From the NCBI RefSeq assembly GCF_021869535.1, contig NW_026262671.1, positions 6,572,001-6,636,000 on the forward strand: 64,000 nucleotides of DNA. The letters are read 5' to 3'. The notes under the pieces were generated by a model that was not told the DNA's origin, did no database searches, and saw only the letters and a list, made by a program, of their open reading frames with translations. The stretch's first letter is position 1, and the number at the start of each line of letters is the position of its first letter. Shown here one piece after another: positions 1-12,790 of this stretch. This stretch comes from Mytilus californianus. Lineage: Eukaryota. A program made the translations under genes and the position numbers.

Positions 1-340
1 TTTGTGTGTTTCTCTGTCCTATATGTTCTCCCATTTATTTGTATTGTAGTCTTATCATGTAATATTGTCATTTAAATGTTATATTCAACATTGCCATACA
101 AGTGGGAGGTTTGGCATGCCACAAAACCAGGTTCAACCCACCAAGTCAGGAAAGTGGCCATTGTTATATTGTAGTTCGTTTCTGTGTGTGTTACATTTTA
201 ATGTTGTGTTTCTGTTGTGTCGTAGTTCTCATCTTATATTTGATGTTTTTCCCTCAGTTTGAGTTTGTAACCCGGATTTGTTTTTTCTCAATCGATTTAT
301 GAATTTCGAACAGCGGTATACTACTGTTGCCTTTCTTTAT
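1..340 (+). repeat. Dispersed non-coding repeat, copy truncated by window start
   Basis: Near-identical blocks (gtgtttctctgtcct...cccggatttgttttttctcaatcgatt...gaacagcggtatactactgttgccttt) recur at ~37030-37392 and ~41165-41525, and inverted at ~55085-55200. Confidence 0.85.
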
Positions 341-2434
341 TTAATCATTCACTATAAAGACTAATGTCACAATTTTACACTAATAGGTTTTTTTTTCAAA
401 TTAAACTAAATATTTCTATCTAATTATTATCAGAAACGATTTTAGTGTGTCAGTTTCAAAACATTAAATTAACCTACTTCTTGCACAATTTGTTCATGAC
501 TTTATATTTCACTATTTGCACAACATTCTGTTTAGAAATAGGTTTAACCCCTTCAATATTAAGATAATTTCCAATAATGATATAAATAGTCTTCCTCGTT
601 AGACTGTTTCATTTCTGTTATAAATATGTTTTTTAATTTGCTTGAAAAATTGACCAACTCATTGCCTATCTTATTTTGATAAATTAGAGGATGTTTATCA
701 TGTTTATGTAACAATTTTATTCCAGTTAGTTTAGATTACGTATCATATCTTTAAAATTAATCAAAAGATGTCGATATCCTCATTTGTAAATAAAATTGAA
801 ATTTTCTTCTTAATTTCCTATTGACAAACCCCACGAGAGCTTGTGACATATGTTTCCATTTTAATAATATTTTCTATTTTCTACTAATTATGCATTTCTT
901 TTTCACATCGTTAAATATAAATAAAGTTCAGGTATGCTGTGTTATAAATATGGATTTACCACATAAATACTTGAAACACTTAGGAGTAAAAGTGGAAACA
1001 GTTTTTATAGTTCATGGTCTGTGTTTTGAAGACACGTCTCTATTATTCTTTTCATATAAGGCGTAACTAAACACTATCTTAGAACGTGCACCATTCTCAT
1101 TAAATAATATATATTATAGAATTATTAAAATTTATGATTAGAAATAGCTCAAGTATGATTAAATACAACCTTAGAAAATACTATCATATTTTCTAAATCA
1201 AAATATATATATAATTACTAATTTCAATTTTAAGAATGTTCAAAAATTCAATTCTTCAAAAAGTTAAAAACGTCACACTGGTCCGTGATCGTATAGTTTC
1301 GATTAGGGACGTTCTGTTTTGAATTTTCCTCGGAGTTCAAAATTTTTGTGATTTTACTTTGTTTGATTTGTACGTGTTCTAATTCTTTATGAATGAAATT
1401 TTCTTCTTTTCTTATTCAGGGGAGGGGAGCTCTTCTGTCCAAATTAGGTGGCAATAGTCTTCCTAGTCTTTTGTTAATTTATGAACTGGGATCTAATGTA
1501 ATACTCTATTACCCATACTTCAACGTTTTTAGTATGGATACTTTAATAATGTATAACAACAATAAATTAATTATCAAATAACTAAGTATGACATGGAAAT
1601 CAGTGTTGAATATGAACTAAATATCTGAAAAAAATACAGGTTAATATAGTGATGTATGTGTATGAATACGGACAATTAAAATTTAAACTTGTTGTCATAG
1701 AAACCTTTTACAGTTTGATATGCAAGTATATCACAAAATGATTTGTAGACATGCACATCTGGTGCAGTAAAATAACCTTGTGCAATAACAATATATAGGT
1801 TATCGACAGATTGTGTCACCCGTTCAAAATAAATATACAAAATATTACAAAATCAACAGTAAAGAATCAGTCAATTGATGCATACATGTGTAACGTAGGA
1901 GCGTCAAGCCGAGTTACATTTTTTTCGAAAATACTCTCATATTTAGAATATAATTAATGGGGTCAAAATTAATTTATTCAAATGGAATGTATTAACAGTT
2001 TATGGGCAATTGCAATGAAAGCATGTTGTTGTCATTTTGAACTGCATTGTACTAGTATATAAAAATAGATTTGGAAACAGTCTTCTGTTGAATCTTCTGA
2101 TATGATCGAAGAAAAAGTCAAATCTTGATGCTTTCATCGATGGACTAGATGTTTAAACTAGTTTTAATGAATCATTATGATTCAAACTTTCCAATTGTTA
2201 ACCTCCAATTTTGTATTAGTTATATACTCTCTATCTGACGTTAACATATCTTAAGTAATACAATACATTTGTACATTGATAATGGTGCCTTAATTGAGTC
2301 AACTTTTTTAATGGCGCTGGGTGATGATTTTCGTTGTCCGAGTTTAAAGAACGTCATTATCGATGTTGTGTAACGTAAAATCAATAACATGTGTTCAAAG
2401 GGGAATTACTCGAGCTTAACTTTGTAAACACGGG
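336..2434. repeat. Left arm of ~2.1-kb inverted repeat (foldback)
   Basis: Reverse-complement match in order to 4975-6485 (for 336-1773) and 3501-4153 (for 1775-2434). Examples: aatcattcactataaagactaatgtcac vs gtgacattagtctttatagtaaatgatt; ggtgcagtaaaat vs attttactgcacc. Confidence 0.93.
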
Positions 2435-2447
2435 ACAAGTTTATACT

Positions 2448-3450
2448 CTAATATCTTGTTATGCCACCCTTCTGAACTACAACTTGTCTGCAGAAACTTT
2501 GTAATCTTGAATAAAGTATCTTAATATAAAATAATGGCACTTCTAACCGGGCACGGAGTAATTAAGACTTAAGGTCTTCAACGTAACGAACCAGATAAAG
2601 TATATTTTTTTAATTTTATTCTTCATCAGAAGCCAGACATTTTCGATTGGGATCAAGTCTGGTGATTGTACAGGCCAGGTAAGTTGCGGTATTTGGATTT
2701 GCCTTTTCCATTTTTCTACAATCCATGACCGATGACAGGGTGCATTATCTTCTTGAAATAGATAAGGTTTATTGCCAAAAAGTTTGGTTACAACTTGCCA
2801 TAAATTATCGTCCAGTGTTTCATATTACCATTTATCATAGCTAAAGTACCTACCGACTGCATAATATGTTGAACATCTCAGACCATAATTTTAAGTTTGG
2901 TGGACGGTCACTGTGCAACATATCCTAGGCATTCAGGTCTAAATGACTTCCTCCAAACTTTAAGTGTACCGTCAGGTTGTATCACCATCATAATCATCTC
3001 ATCTTTTAATATGACTTTTTCTACTGATTGTTAACAGTCTAATAAAATTTACTCCAGCAATAAGCGACTATTTTCTTTACAACCCTGATGCCAATTTTCT
3101 TCCGAACAGATCGTCTGGTGTACCGTTATTCATGTAATTTTCGTTGAACAGTTCGTCTGCATACTTTTGCAGGTGTACGAGTGTTATATTCCTTTGTGAT
3201 ATCCTTTAGGGTTGAACGGCGAGACTTTTTCACAATCCGTGACAGAGTGCTTTCTGCCCGTTTTTCTCCTTCCGCTTCGAGGCACATTTTCCGTAATATC
3301 ACGCATCCGCCAACGCTTCAAAAGCCTGGAAATTGTGGATTTAGCTATTCCTAAGCTTTGCGCAACACTGCATGCTCGAAAACCACTTTCAATTAAACTT
3401 ATGATAGCCTTTTTCGTGTCGTCTGACAATTCTTTCCTTTGCTTCGTCAT
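2448..3450 (-). pseudogene. Tc1/mariner DD34E transposase, frameshifted
   Basis: N-terminal HTH MTKQRKELSDDTKKAIISLIESG...IAKSTISRLLKRW...RSGRRK. Catalytic FQEDNAPCH...TWPVQSPDLIPIENVW with 34 residues between D and E. C-terminus KGGITRY* (stop 2448-2450). Several frameshifts and stops. Confidence 0.92.
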
Positions 3451-3500
3451 TTTTGTTGATATCAACAATGGCTAAACTTCCCTACGATTCCGGTTTAAAA

Positions 3501-6485
3501 TCCGTATTTACAAAGTCAAGCTCCAGTAATTCCCCTTTGAACCCATGTTATTGATTTTACGTTACATAACATCGATAATGACGTTCTTTAAACTCGGAAA
3601 ACGAAAATCATCACCCAGCCCCATTAAAAAAGTTGACTCAATTAAAGCACCATTATCAATGTACAAATGTATTGTATTACTTAAGATATGTTAACGTCAG
3701 ATAGAGAGTATATAACTAATACAAAATTGGAGGTTTACAATTGGAAAGTTTGAATCATAATGATTCGTTGATTCTAGTTTAAACATCTAGTTCATCGAGG
3801 AAAGCATCAAGATTTGACTTTTTCTTCGATCATATCAGAAGATTCAACAGAAGACTGTTTCCAAATCTATTTTTATATACTAGTACATAGCAGTTCAAAA
3901 CTACAACAACATGCTTTCTTTGCAATTGCCCATACACGGTTAATACATTTCATTTGAAAAAAATAATTTTGACCCCCTTAATTATATTTTAAATATGAGA
4001 GTATTTTCGAAAAAATGTAACTCGGCTTGACGCTTCCACGTGATACATGTATGCATCAATTGGCTGATTCTTTACTGTTGATTTTGTAAAAGAATTTAGT
4101 TTGAACGGGTGACACAATCTGTCGATAACCTATATATTGGTATTGCACAAGGTCATGTTTTAATGACGCCTTTTCGCTAAGTTCATTGGATGTTTGATGT
4201 GTACATGATTTTTTTATTTGGTTAATGTTGGCTTTGAACCAGCTGTCAGTTACTTACTGTCTTTGCATTGTTGCTAGGGTTTAACATATACCCTGCCACG
4301 CCCTGTCTGATTTTCATTTGATGTTTTTCTTTTAATTGATCTAATTACTTATGCCTTTTCAACTGATTTGTATAGTTTGTTCATATGTTTTGCTTTTATT
4401 TTGCTGTCCAAGGTTATGGGAGGGTTGAGCGCACAGATACATGTTTAACCCCGCAACATTATGTATATGTAAATCTCAAGTCAGTGGTTGTCTTTGTATT
4501 ATGTCTGCCGTACTTGTTTTTCGTTAGTTGTTTGGTAAGTTTTGTCAATTAGTTTGTTTTATATAATTCATATTTTATTAAAGCCGACCACACGGTATGA
4601 GTTTTCTCGGGTTGTCGAAGGCCGTTCGGTTCCCTATAACTGTTAACATCTACTTTATTTAGCTTTTGGCGGATAATAATATCATTTGCAATCATACCAC
4701 ATCTCCTTATTTTTATACTGAGATTTCACGCCAAAGGTCATATGATCATTATGACCTCAGTGAATCCTTACAATTGATGAGGTTGAATAACACTACTTTA
4801 TCTAATTTGTACCGACGAAATGGGTTATCATTTCGGATAATCATCTTATTACAAGATAAAATGTAAATTATCTTAGGTATATCTATTGTTGCATATTAAA
4901 TTGAAAATCTACAATATACATGATATATTTTATCATTGCCCTTCATAATACAAACATTAAAAGAAACGGTAACAATTTTACTGCACCACATGTGCATGTC
5001 TACAAATCATTTTGTGATATACTTGCATATCGAACTGTAAAATGTCTCTTTGACAACAAGTTTAAATTTTCAATTGTCCGTATTCATACATTTACACATA
5101 CATCATTATATTAACCTGTATTTTTTTAGATTTTTAGTTCATATACAACACTGATTTCCATGTCATACTTAGTTACTTGAGAATTTATTTATTAATTGTA
5201 ATATACTTCATGATAAATTTAATTAATCAGTTGTTATACATTATTCTAGTATCCATACTATAAACGTTGAAGTATGGGTAGTAGAGTATTACATTGGACC
5301 CCAGTTCATAAATTATCAAAGGACTAGGAAGACCAGTGTCGCCTAATTTGACAAAAGGACTCCTATCCCCTGAATAAGAAAAGAAAATTTCATTCATACA
5401 GAATTAGAACACGTACAAATCAAAAAATATTGAACTCCGAGGAAAATTCAAAACAGAAAGTCCCTAATCGAAACTATACGATCACGGACCAGTGTGACGT
5501 TTTTAACTTTTTGAAGAATTAAATTTTTGTACATTCTTAAAATTGTAATTAGTAAATATATATATATATATTTTGATTAAGAAAATATGATAGTATTTTC
5601 TAAGGTTGTTTTCAATCATACTTGAGCTATTTCTAATCATAAATTTCAATAATTCTACAATATATATATTATTTAATGAGAATGGTGCACGTTCGTAGAT
5701 TGTGTTTAGTTACACTTTATATTAAAAGAATAATAGAGACGTGTCTTCAAAACACAGACCATGAACTATAAAAACTATTTCCACTTTTGCTCCTAAGTGT
5801 TTCAAGTATTTATGTGGTAAATCCATATTTATAACATAGCATACTTGAACTTTATTTATATTTAACGATGTGAAAAGGAAATGCAAAATTAGTAGAAAAT
5901 GGAAAATATTATTAAAATAGAAACATTTGTCTCAAGCACTCGTGGGGTTTGTCAACAGAAAATTAAGAAGAAAATTTAAATTTTATTCACAAATGAGGAT
6001 ATCGACATCTTTTGATTAATTTTAAAGATATGATACGTGTTCTAAACTAACTGGAATAAAATTGTAACATAAACATGATAAACATCCTATAATTTATCAA
6101 AATAAGATAGGCAATGAGTTGGTCAATTTTTCAAGCAAATTAAAAAACACATTTATAACAGAAATGGAACAGAGGAAGACTATTTTTATCATTATTGGAA
6201 ATTATCTTAATATTGAAGGGGTAAAACCTATTTCTAAACAGAATGTTGTGCAAATAGTGAAATATAAAGTCATGAACAAATTGTGCAAGAAGTAGGTTAA
6301 TTTAATGTTTTGAAACTGACACACTAAAATCGTTTCTGATAATAATTAGATAGATATATTTAGTTTAATTTGAAAAAAACACCGAAATGATATGGAAGAA
6401 CCTGCATTTGTAAAATGAAACACATCGAACTATTATATAGTGTAAAATTGTGACATTAGTCTTTATAGTAAATGATTAAATAAAA
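3501..6485. repeat. Right arm of the foldback inverted repeat, interrupted by an ~820-bp insertion (4154-4974)
   Basis: 3501-4153 and 4975-6485 pair with contiguous left-arm sequence. 4154-4974 has no left-arm counterpart and contains dispersed-repeat sequence. Confidence 0.9.
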
Positions 6486-8662
6486 TACTTGAAGTACCGT
6501 ATTAGTTTGTTAAATTTATAAATAAATTTTCTGTAAAAACCAACTTATTGTCGCGATCGTTTTATTTTCGTAATTTCACGAGAAGATAAATAACGTGAAT
6601 ATAAATCGTCGCGAATATGTAAAATTAGAATCTTTCCTTTTTAAACTACATCAAATGAATAAGAAAATTGCACAATCAAACAGCTGCGAAGTGAACTAGA
6701 ATATCCGCGAAAATAAGTTGGTAACAGCATATCACTAGAATTATATATGTTTCCCTCTGCACCATTAATCAAGGACGATTCTAATCGATGGACCAATACG
6801 ACAAGTATATTGCGAAACAAATACCAAGGTCTAGAAACGTCAACCACGTGGCAGTGGAACTACAGTGTTAAACCATCACTACGTTGTTAACAAGACTAAC
6901 TGGCTGAAGGACAACATATTCAATTCAGAAGAATTTATATAAGCTGTTTATATTGGATTGAATTGGCAACTTAAATTAAATAATAATGTTATAATGGTCG
7001 CGGAAGAATTTTAACAGGAAACTAAACGATATAAAATGTTGACTTATAACCGTGCATTTGAAGGAAAATGGAAACGTGATGAACTATAAGTTCATAACCC
7101 AACTTTCGTTCTTGCCGCTAAGGGAGGACATCAATACAACTTTGGCAGTAACCGTATTCTATTACAAACAGACAACTGTGTAATGCATGACAAGAAATAA
7201 ATGTTGCTACACAATCATTTATAGCATTCGCATATGTATCATGTGTACATTTGATAATCGTGTACAGACTGCAGGACAGCATAGCAAACAAAAAGGAGAA
7301 GGGATTCCACTAGGCTACTCTGCGTCGTGTGTAAATGATTAAGACAATTCCACCGGAATTCGTATACATCAGAAACTATACGTCACGAACAAGTGGGATA
7401 TTTGTAAACGTTTGGACATTTGTACATTTTTAAATTTGTAATTACTTGATAAATTATTATTCTACCTATATATACAAAGACTTCGTTTAACAAGCATTTT
7501 TAAAATTAATTTGTATGCTAAATTAAATAATATAAAACAGATTTACTTTTTATTCAATGCATAAAATTGGAGAATAAAAACAAACCTCTATCTAAGAACC
7601 TGTTTTCAGTATGACAACAAATGAAACACGACATAAAATAAACGTCTTTGATGTGCATTAAATATGCGTAGGCGGAGATTACATTCAAGTCATTCAGAGA
7701 CACCAAAGAGACATTCAAACTTCAGTCGAAAATTAACTGACAACACCATGGCTAAAAAAAATCAAAAGACAGTCAAACAGAAAAACCACGTTACACAAAC
7801 AGATAATTAACAAAAATATCGAGCTCAAGGAATATTCAAATCGGAAAGTCAATTATCAAATGACAATAGCAAAAGCTTAAACACATAAAAAAACATAGAC
7901 ATCTAAAATAATGTCGGGATGATCATATAGCATTGTATAGGCTTTGGATTGACCTCATTTTAGCAGCAACTCTTATTTGAAATACGAATGACCGATGTTT
8001 GCTGAACGTGTCAATGAAACCAAGACATATAAAGGTCAACATTATATCTTCATCTGAAATATACACTGTACTAGACAAATTGTGTCTGATCCTAGACATG
8101 TTGATTTCAAAGATCTGCTTTAACATCAAAATTCATTTATGTTTACAAAACCAACCATATAACAGGAAATCATGCGCTGTTCTTTTGCTGTGTGCTTTTT
8201 TTTTGCTGTGCATGTTCTGATTTGTGTCATGGATGGATACCCGATATCCTTTATTTTTTTTATATTAAATATACAGGAAAATCATGTAACTATTTATGAG
8301 TTTAAGGATTAAAAGCAAACTCCATATACGGAAATCAATTAGGTTCAGATTACAACACTAATGGTTCCATGTAAAGCGACAAAAAATCTGTAATCCCTAA
8401 TTAAAAACAGTTGTCAAATAAAAAAAAAAAATCTGGAATGGATAACAGTATTAAAAGCCATAAATTTTCAAATAGGTTTAGTGATTTTTCTAAGCTTCGC
8501 ACATTGGCAGAAATAAATTTTGTGTCTATGAACTCCAATATGACATTGGCTTCGGTTACAAGTGTTTGCTTTCAGCAGTAAATACAGTGACGAAATGACA
8601 GTAGATTCGGTAAAATTATGAAAAAAATTAGGATCATACTAATTTGAATTTTATTTTCAGAC

Positions 8663-10364
8663 ATGGTAGCTGCAACAAGTACAAACTGTTCTGTTTGTGA
8701 GGAACAGTCATTTGTAAAAACAGCTATGCAGTGGTGTTCCGAGTGTGAGGAAGCCTTTTGTTCTCACTACCTAAAGTACCATAGCAACGCAAAAAACACG
8801 CACACAGCAAAGGAACAAAGAAAACGCAAAATCAACACAAAGTCAAGCCGTCATTGATGTAAGTGATCGGAAACAGCTGCAAGAACTCCTACTGAAAATA
8901 AAGCAGCACTGTAATGAACATGGAGCGCTTTTCCAGAACTATTGTTTAAGTCATGAACGACCATGTTGTAGGAAATGTATCAACTCAACCCATAAGAACT
9001 GTATAGATATGCCACCTCTAGATGACGTTATCAAAGATGCTCGCAAGTCAACTGCAGTAGAAGACATTCAAGAACGTCTACAAAACCTTAAAGAGTATTA
9101 TGAGCGTCTCTGTCAAGAAAAAGAGGAAAATGCAGAACAAATAAAGACCCAGTCGAAAACTGTTATTGCGTATGTCATGTCCATCCGATTAAAATTGAAT
9201 TAGCATTTAGATTGTTTAGAGAGTGATGTTCTAAAGAATGTATCCGAGCTTGAAAATAGTGCACTGAAAAATGTGGAGAGAATTTCGAGGGTATTGAAAG
9301 AGATGGAGGACAGAATAGATGAATTATACAAAAGCATTATGAAAATGCAAAAGTATGCGTCAGAACTTCAGATATTTCTCGGAACCAAGGAATTCGAAGT
9401 AGAAGTAGGTGCGCGGGAGAAAGAAATTGACGATTTGACAAAAGATTATTCGTTAGACATAAGAACCATTGTGTTCCAAGAAAATATACAACTTGCAGCT
9501 TTTACCTGTGATGTTAGTTCTTTCGGTGATATTGGAATAGAGATGACTCCATCAACAACCAGTTAAACAAAGCCAAAGGAGCAACAAGCGCAGACCATAG
9601 TTGAGAGAAGAAAGTTTGATGACATCAATCTTAAATTGGTGACAGGTTTCTCAGATCGGTTTTGAAGTGTATAGACGTGCAATTTTGGAAAATGATGTAG
9701 TATGTTATACTGCTTTCAACAGAAAAACCTTAAAAGTGAAAAATACGCATGGAGTTTTGTTACACTGTATAGTTCTACCTGAACACCCATATGATATAGT
9801 GTCTGTTAACGACCAAGCATTAGCTGTAACAGCTAGATGTTAAATTTTTATCGTCAATCTTAAAACCAGATCTAATATGGAAACTATAGAGCCTTCGAAT
9901 CGATGTGATGGAATATCCCTTTCCGGTAAGAACTTGATATGCAGTTCAATCAAAGATGGACTGTTCTGAATTTATCTGGATAATGACATTTTAACTAAGC
10001 TTGACATTGGAAGTAAAACACATAATTGATATGTTGCAGTTAATGATGGAAATATTTACTGCACTACTGCTATATGTCCTTCAATACAATGCTACAATGT
10101 TGATAAAACACTTGCTTTGGAATTCAAGGACCAATCATTGCAAGAACCACGCGGTATACTATAAGCTGTTGATAAAACTGAAGTCGTTTATGTCGGGAAT
10201 GAGGGAGGTGGAAACATAGTTATTATCTCCCCTGATGAAGGCAAACACAAAGCAATAAAGGTTGTTTACATTCCAAATCCGAGGACACTTAGCTTCAACA
10301 AAACAAGAACACGTTTGCTTATTTGCAATTTGAAAGGTCAAGCGGGGATTTTGATGTAATGTGA
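8663..10364 (+). pseudogene. TRIM-like double B-box / coiled-coil / probable beta-propeller protein, disrupted (no RING seen)
   Basis: Acceptor ttttattttcag precedes the ATG. B-box1 CSVC...WCSECEEAFCSHYLKYH; B-box2 CNEHGALFQNYCLSHERPCCRKCINSTHKNC; coiled coil EDIQERLQNLKEYYERLCQEKEENAEQI. In-frame stops at 9201-9203 and 9564-9566 plus frameshifts. C-terminal fragments end ...NKTRTRLLICNLKGQAGI. Confidence 0.85.
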
Positions 10365-11224
10365 TCGCTTTGTGGAAGAACATCTATATCAGTGTCTTTC
10401 ATATGGTTCTTTATTATATGGAAATCTGGTTTTCTTAACAATAAACCATTGAAATGTCATGCGTCATTAAAATATATATTTGTGTGTGTGTGGTTTTATT
10501 TTATGAATTTTAATAAAAAGTATATCATCGATCTTAGTTTCAGCTACGTATTATGCAATACGGAAAAATAAACTTCTAAGTCAAATTGATAAATAACATT
10601 GAAACTTTATTGAATAAAGATCAACGTAACAATATTGTACTCGGGGCTTCTTATTTTCAAGATTTGTCTACTTTCTATAATGTGTAATTAATCAAACGAA
10701 AAGTCGATCTCGATTGAAAATATGTTAATAATAGAGGACGAATGGAGAAAACGGTATAACCATTTGCGTTGATCAGTTATCACATACTGTAGATTCATTA
10801 TCATTTATTGGATACCAATTTTGGTGGAATTTGTGGATACAGATGAACAACGAAATAGATATTAAATGAACTACAAAATTAGTGTTGGTCAAACTGCTAT
10901 ATGTCCAATGAAAATTTATCGAGAAAGTTCAAGTTTTTTGAATTTGTTATATTTTTGTCAAAGGGTCAAAGTAAATATTTTGTCAAAATTTTATGAAAAG
11001 TAAACGAGCCAAACTTATTTTAGTCAAGGTGTTTGGTACCACCTTAAAATGTAATATAAAGTATTTTTTTTAATCTTCACATATGAATTGCATATTTGAA
11101 AAAGTGAGTTTATAACATGTATAATAAACCCTCGGAACAGATTGGACAATAAGGTTCAAATTGCTAATTTTGATAGCAAAAATTGAAAACAAGTGTCGCA
11201 ACTGGTGTTTTACATAACATTTGT

Positions 11225-11830
11225 ATGATGGGGATCGATTATTTCACTGTGGGATTTTTGGAAGTGTAGTCAATTTAATTTTTCAATTTATGTGAATGTC
11301 TAAGATGCAATCACAGACAATAAGCATTGATGGCTTTCAAATATGAAGAACGTTTTTTTCTACAGAATATTCTAAATATTTTCCTATTTGTGTATCAACC
11401 TTACATTGATGTAAGTGTGATAAAAAAATTATCTGTGTCTCTTATCTGTATCGTGAATTCATAAAAACAATACATTTTATTTTTGGTATCTTATTTTATT
11501 TATTATATACATTTTTGTCTGCTTATTTATCATTATGCATTACAAATATATGACAGATACAGTACAAGTAGTATATTATGATCCGCACTTTGTGTACACT
11601 ATTATCATTCAATTTTCATTACAATATATTTTAAGGTATTAAATTTAAATATTTATTTCGTTATTTTTCATCCATTGTACTAACAAGTTATTGTAAAGGC
11701 AATATTGTAATCTGTAATCTTCTTAAACCATTTGAATTTAAATTCAGATGCTTCTCCAATAAATTCAACCATTTATTGTAAAGACAATGTCTATGATTCA
11801 ATCTTCTAAAATCATTTGAAAATCAGTTTA
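11225..11830 (+). repeat. Upstream region of membrane-gene copy A, duplicated at ~62230-62720
   Basis: Colinear matches such as tatgatccgcactttgtgtacact vs tatgattcgcactttgtatacact, and ttatctgtatcgtgaattcataaaaacaat vs tcatctgtatcataaatttatgaaaacaat. Confidence 0.75.
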
Positions 11831-11918
11831 TGATAGTCTGATATAAACTTTTCATTCACGCCGATTCTAAAAAACCACGAATGTGTCTCCATATTTACCA
11901 AATTTGGTTAACAAAGCA

Positions 11919-12781
11919 ATGGTTATACTAGGTAATTAAAACTTTTATATCTTCTGTTGTATATATATATATATATATATATAAATAGCCTTTCTGGAAA
12001 AATAAATTGCAAGGCTTTGATTATTTCCTGCTTTCGGAAATTCCACTTTCATTCATATATATACTGATAATGTTTTATAGCATACAGATTGTGTGATATT
12101 GTAACACCTATATGCTTCAAATTTTATCTGATCATGACGATTGACTTTTACTTAGACCTTGGATGTACTGTTCTGTTAAATGTTTTTGAAAAGGTGTTTT
12201 GTTGTGATAAAAGTAAGAACTACATCGAACTCGACCACGAATTAAAATGGAAAAGACGTATTTTATTGATTCGTATTACATTTGGATTAGTATTTAACAT
12301 TGTTGTTTTTATAACTGTGTGTGTGGTAAATAGAGAAATATTTATAGTCGGAAAGGCTGCTCTTGGATTGTTTATAACTATTGTGTCGTTTACTGTGATA
12401 TCATATATTGCTATTGAAGTAGTAGTATGGCTTATGATGTATACTGATGGTGCAAATGTTAATCACTCACAAATTTTGCTCGGTATGATATGTTACAGAA
12501 TATATGAAATAGAGTTTGATGTGTTGGTGTATTTCTACAGTCTAGTTTTATCAAACTGGAAAATAACAAAGTTTACAACCGCTACAACCGTGTTAGGTTG
12601 TTTAGATATAGCTATAAATATCATCACACTTGGAAGGAATTGTTATGACGCGATAAAGTTAGATAACAGTTCATGCAGACTTATTGCATTTATTATTATA
12701 CTCAGTTTATTGCTATCACCAGTTGTAGCAATTGGTTTATTGATGTGGATGATACTTATGAGAAAAGCAGTTGGACGGTAA
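11919..12781 (+). CDS. Uncharacterised ~5-TM membrane protein, copy A; predicted join(11919..11931,12156..12781), 212 aa
   Basis: ATG GTT ATA CTA G|gtaatt donor and gattgacttttacttag|AC CTT GGA acceptor give a phase-1 join, MVILDLGCTVLLNVFEKVFCC.... Exon 2 is open to TAA at 12781 with five hydrophobic segments. The same acceptor context is kept in paralogs B and C. Confidence 0.8.
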
Positions 12782-12790
12782 ACGATTTAA

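Noticed and set aside
65-8220. Other 60-90-aa ORFs in the first 8 kb, and similar ones throughout the window
   Set aside because: They lie in repeats or inverted arms or are antisense to the transposase, often have non-ATG starts, and show no motifs.
12028-12055. NF-kB-like (ggaaattcc) and IRF-like (actttcatt) motifs in the copy A intron
   Set aside because: Short imperfect matches are expected by chance in AT-rich DNA and are not preserved in paralog B.
12089-12155. ORF-track start (TTG, MCDIVTP...) for copy A
   Set aside because: This stretch precedes a conserved acceptor and is intron; a phase-compatible ATG exon lies at 11919-11931.
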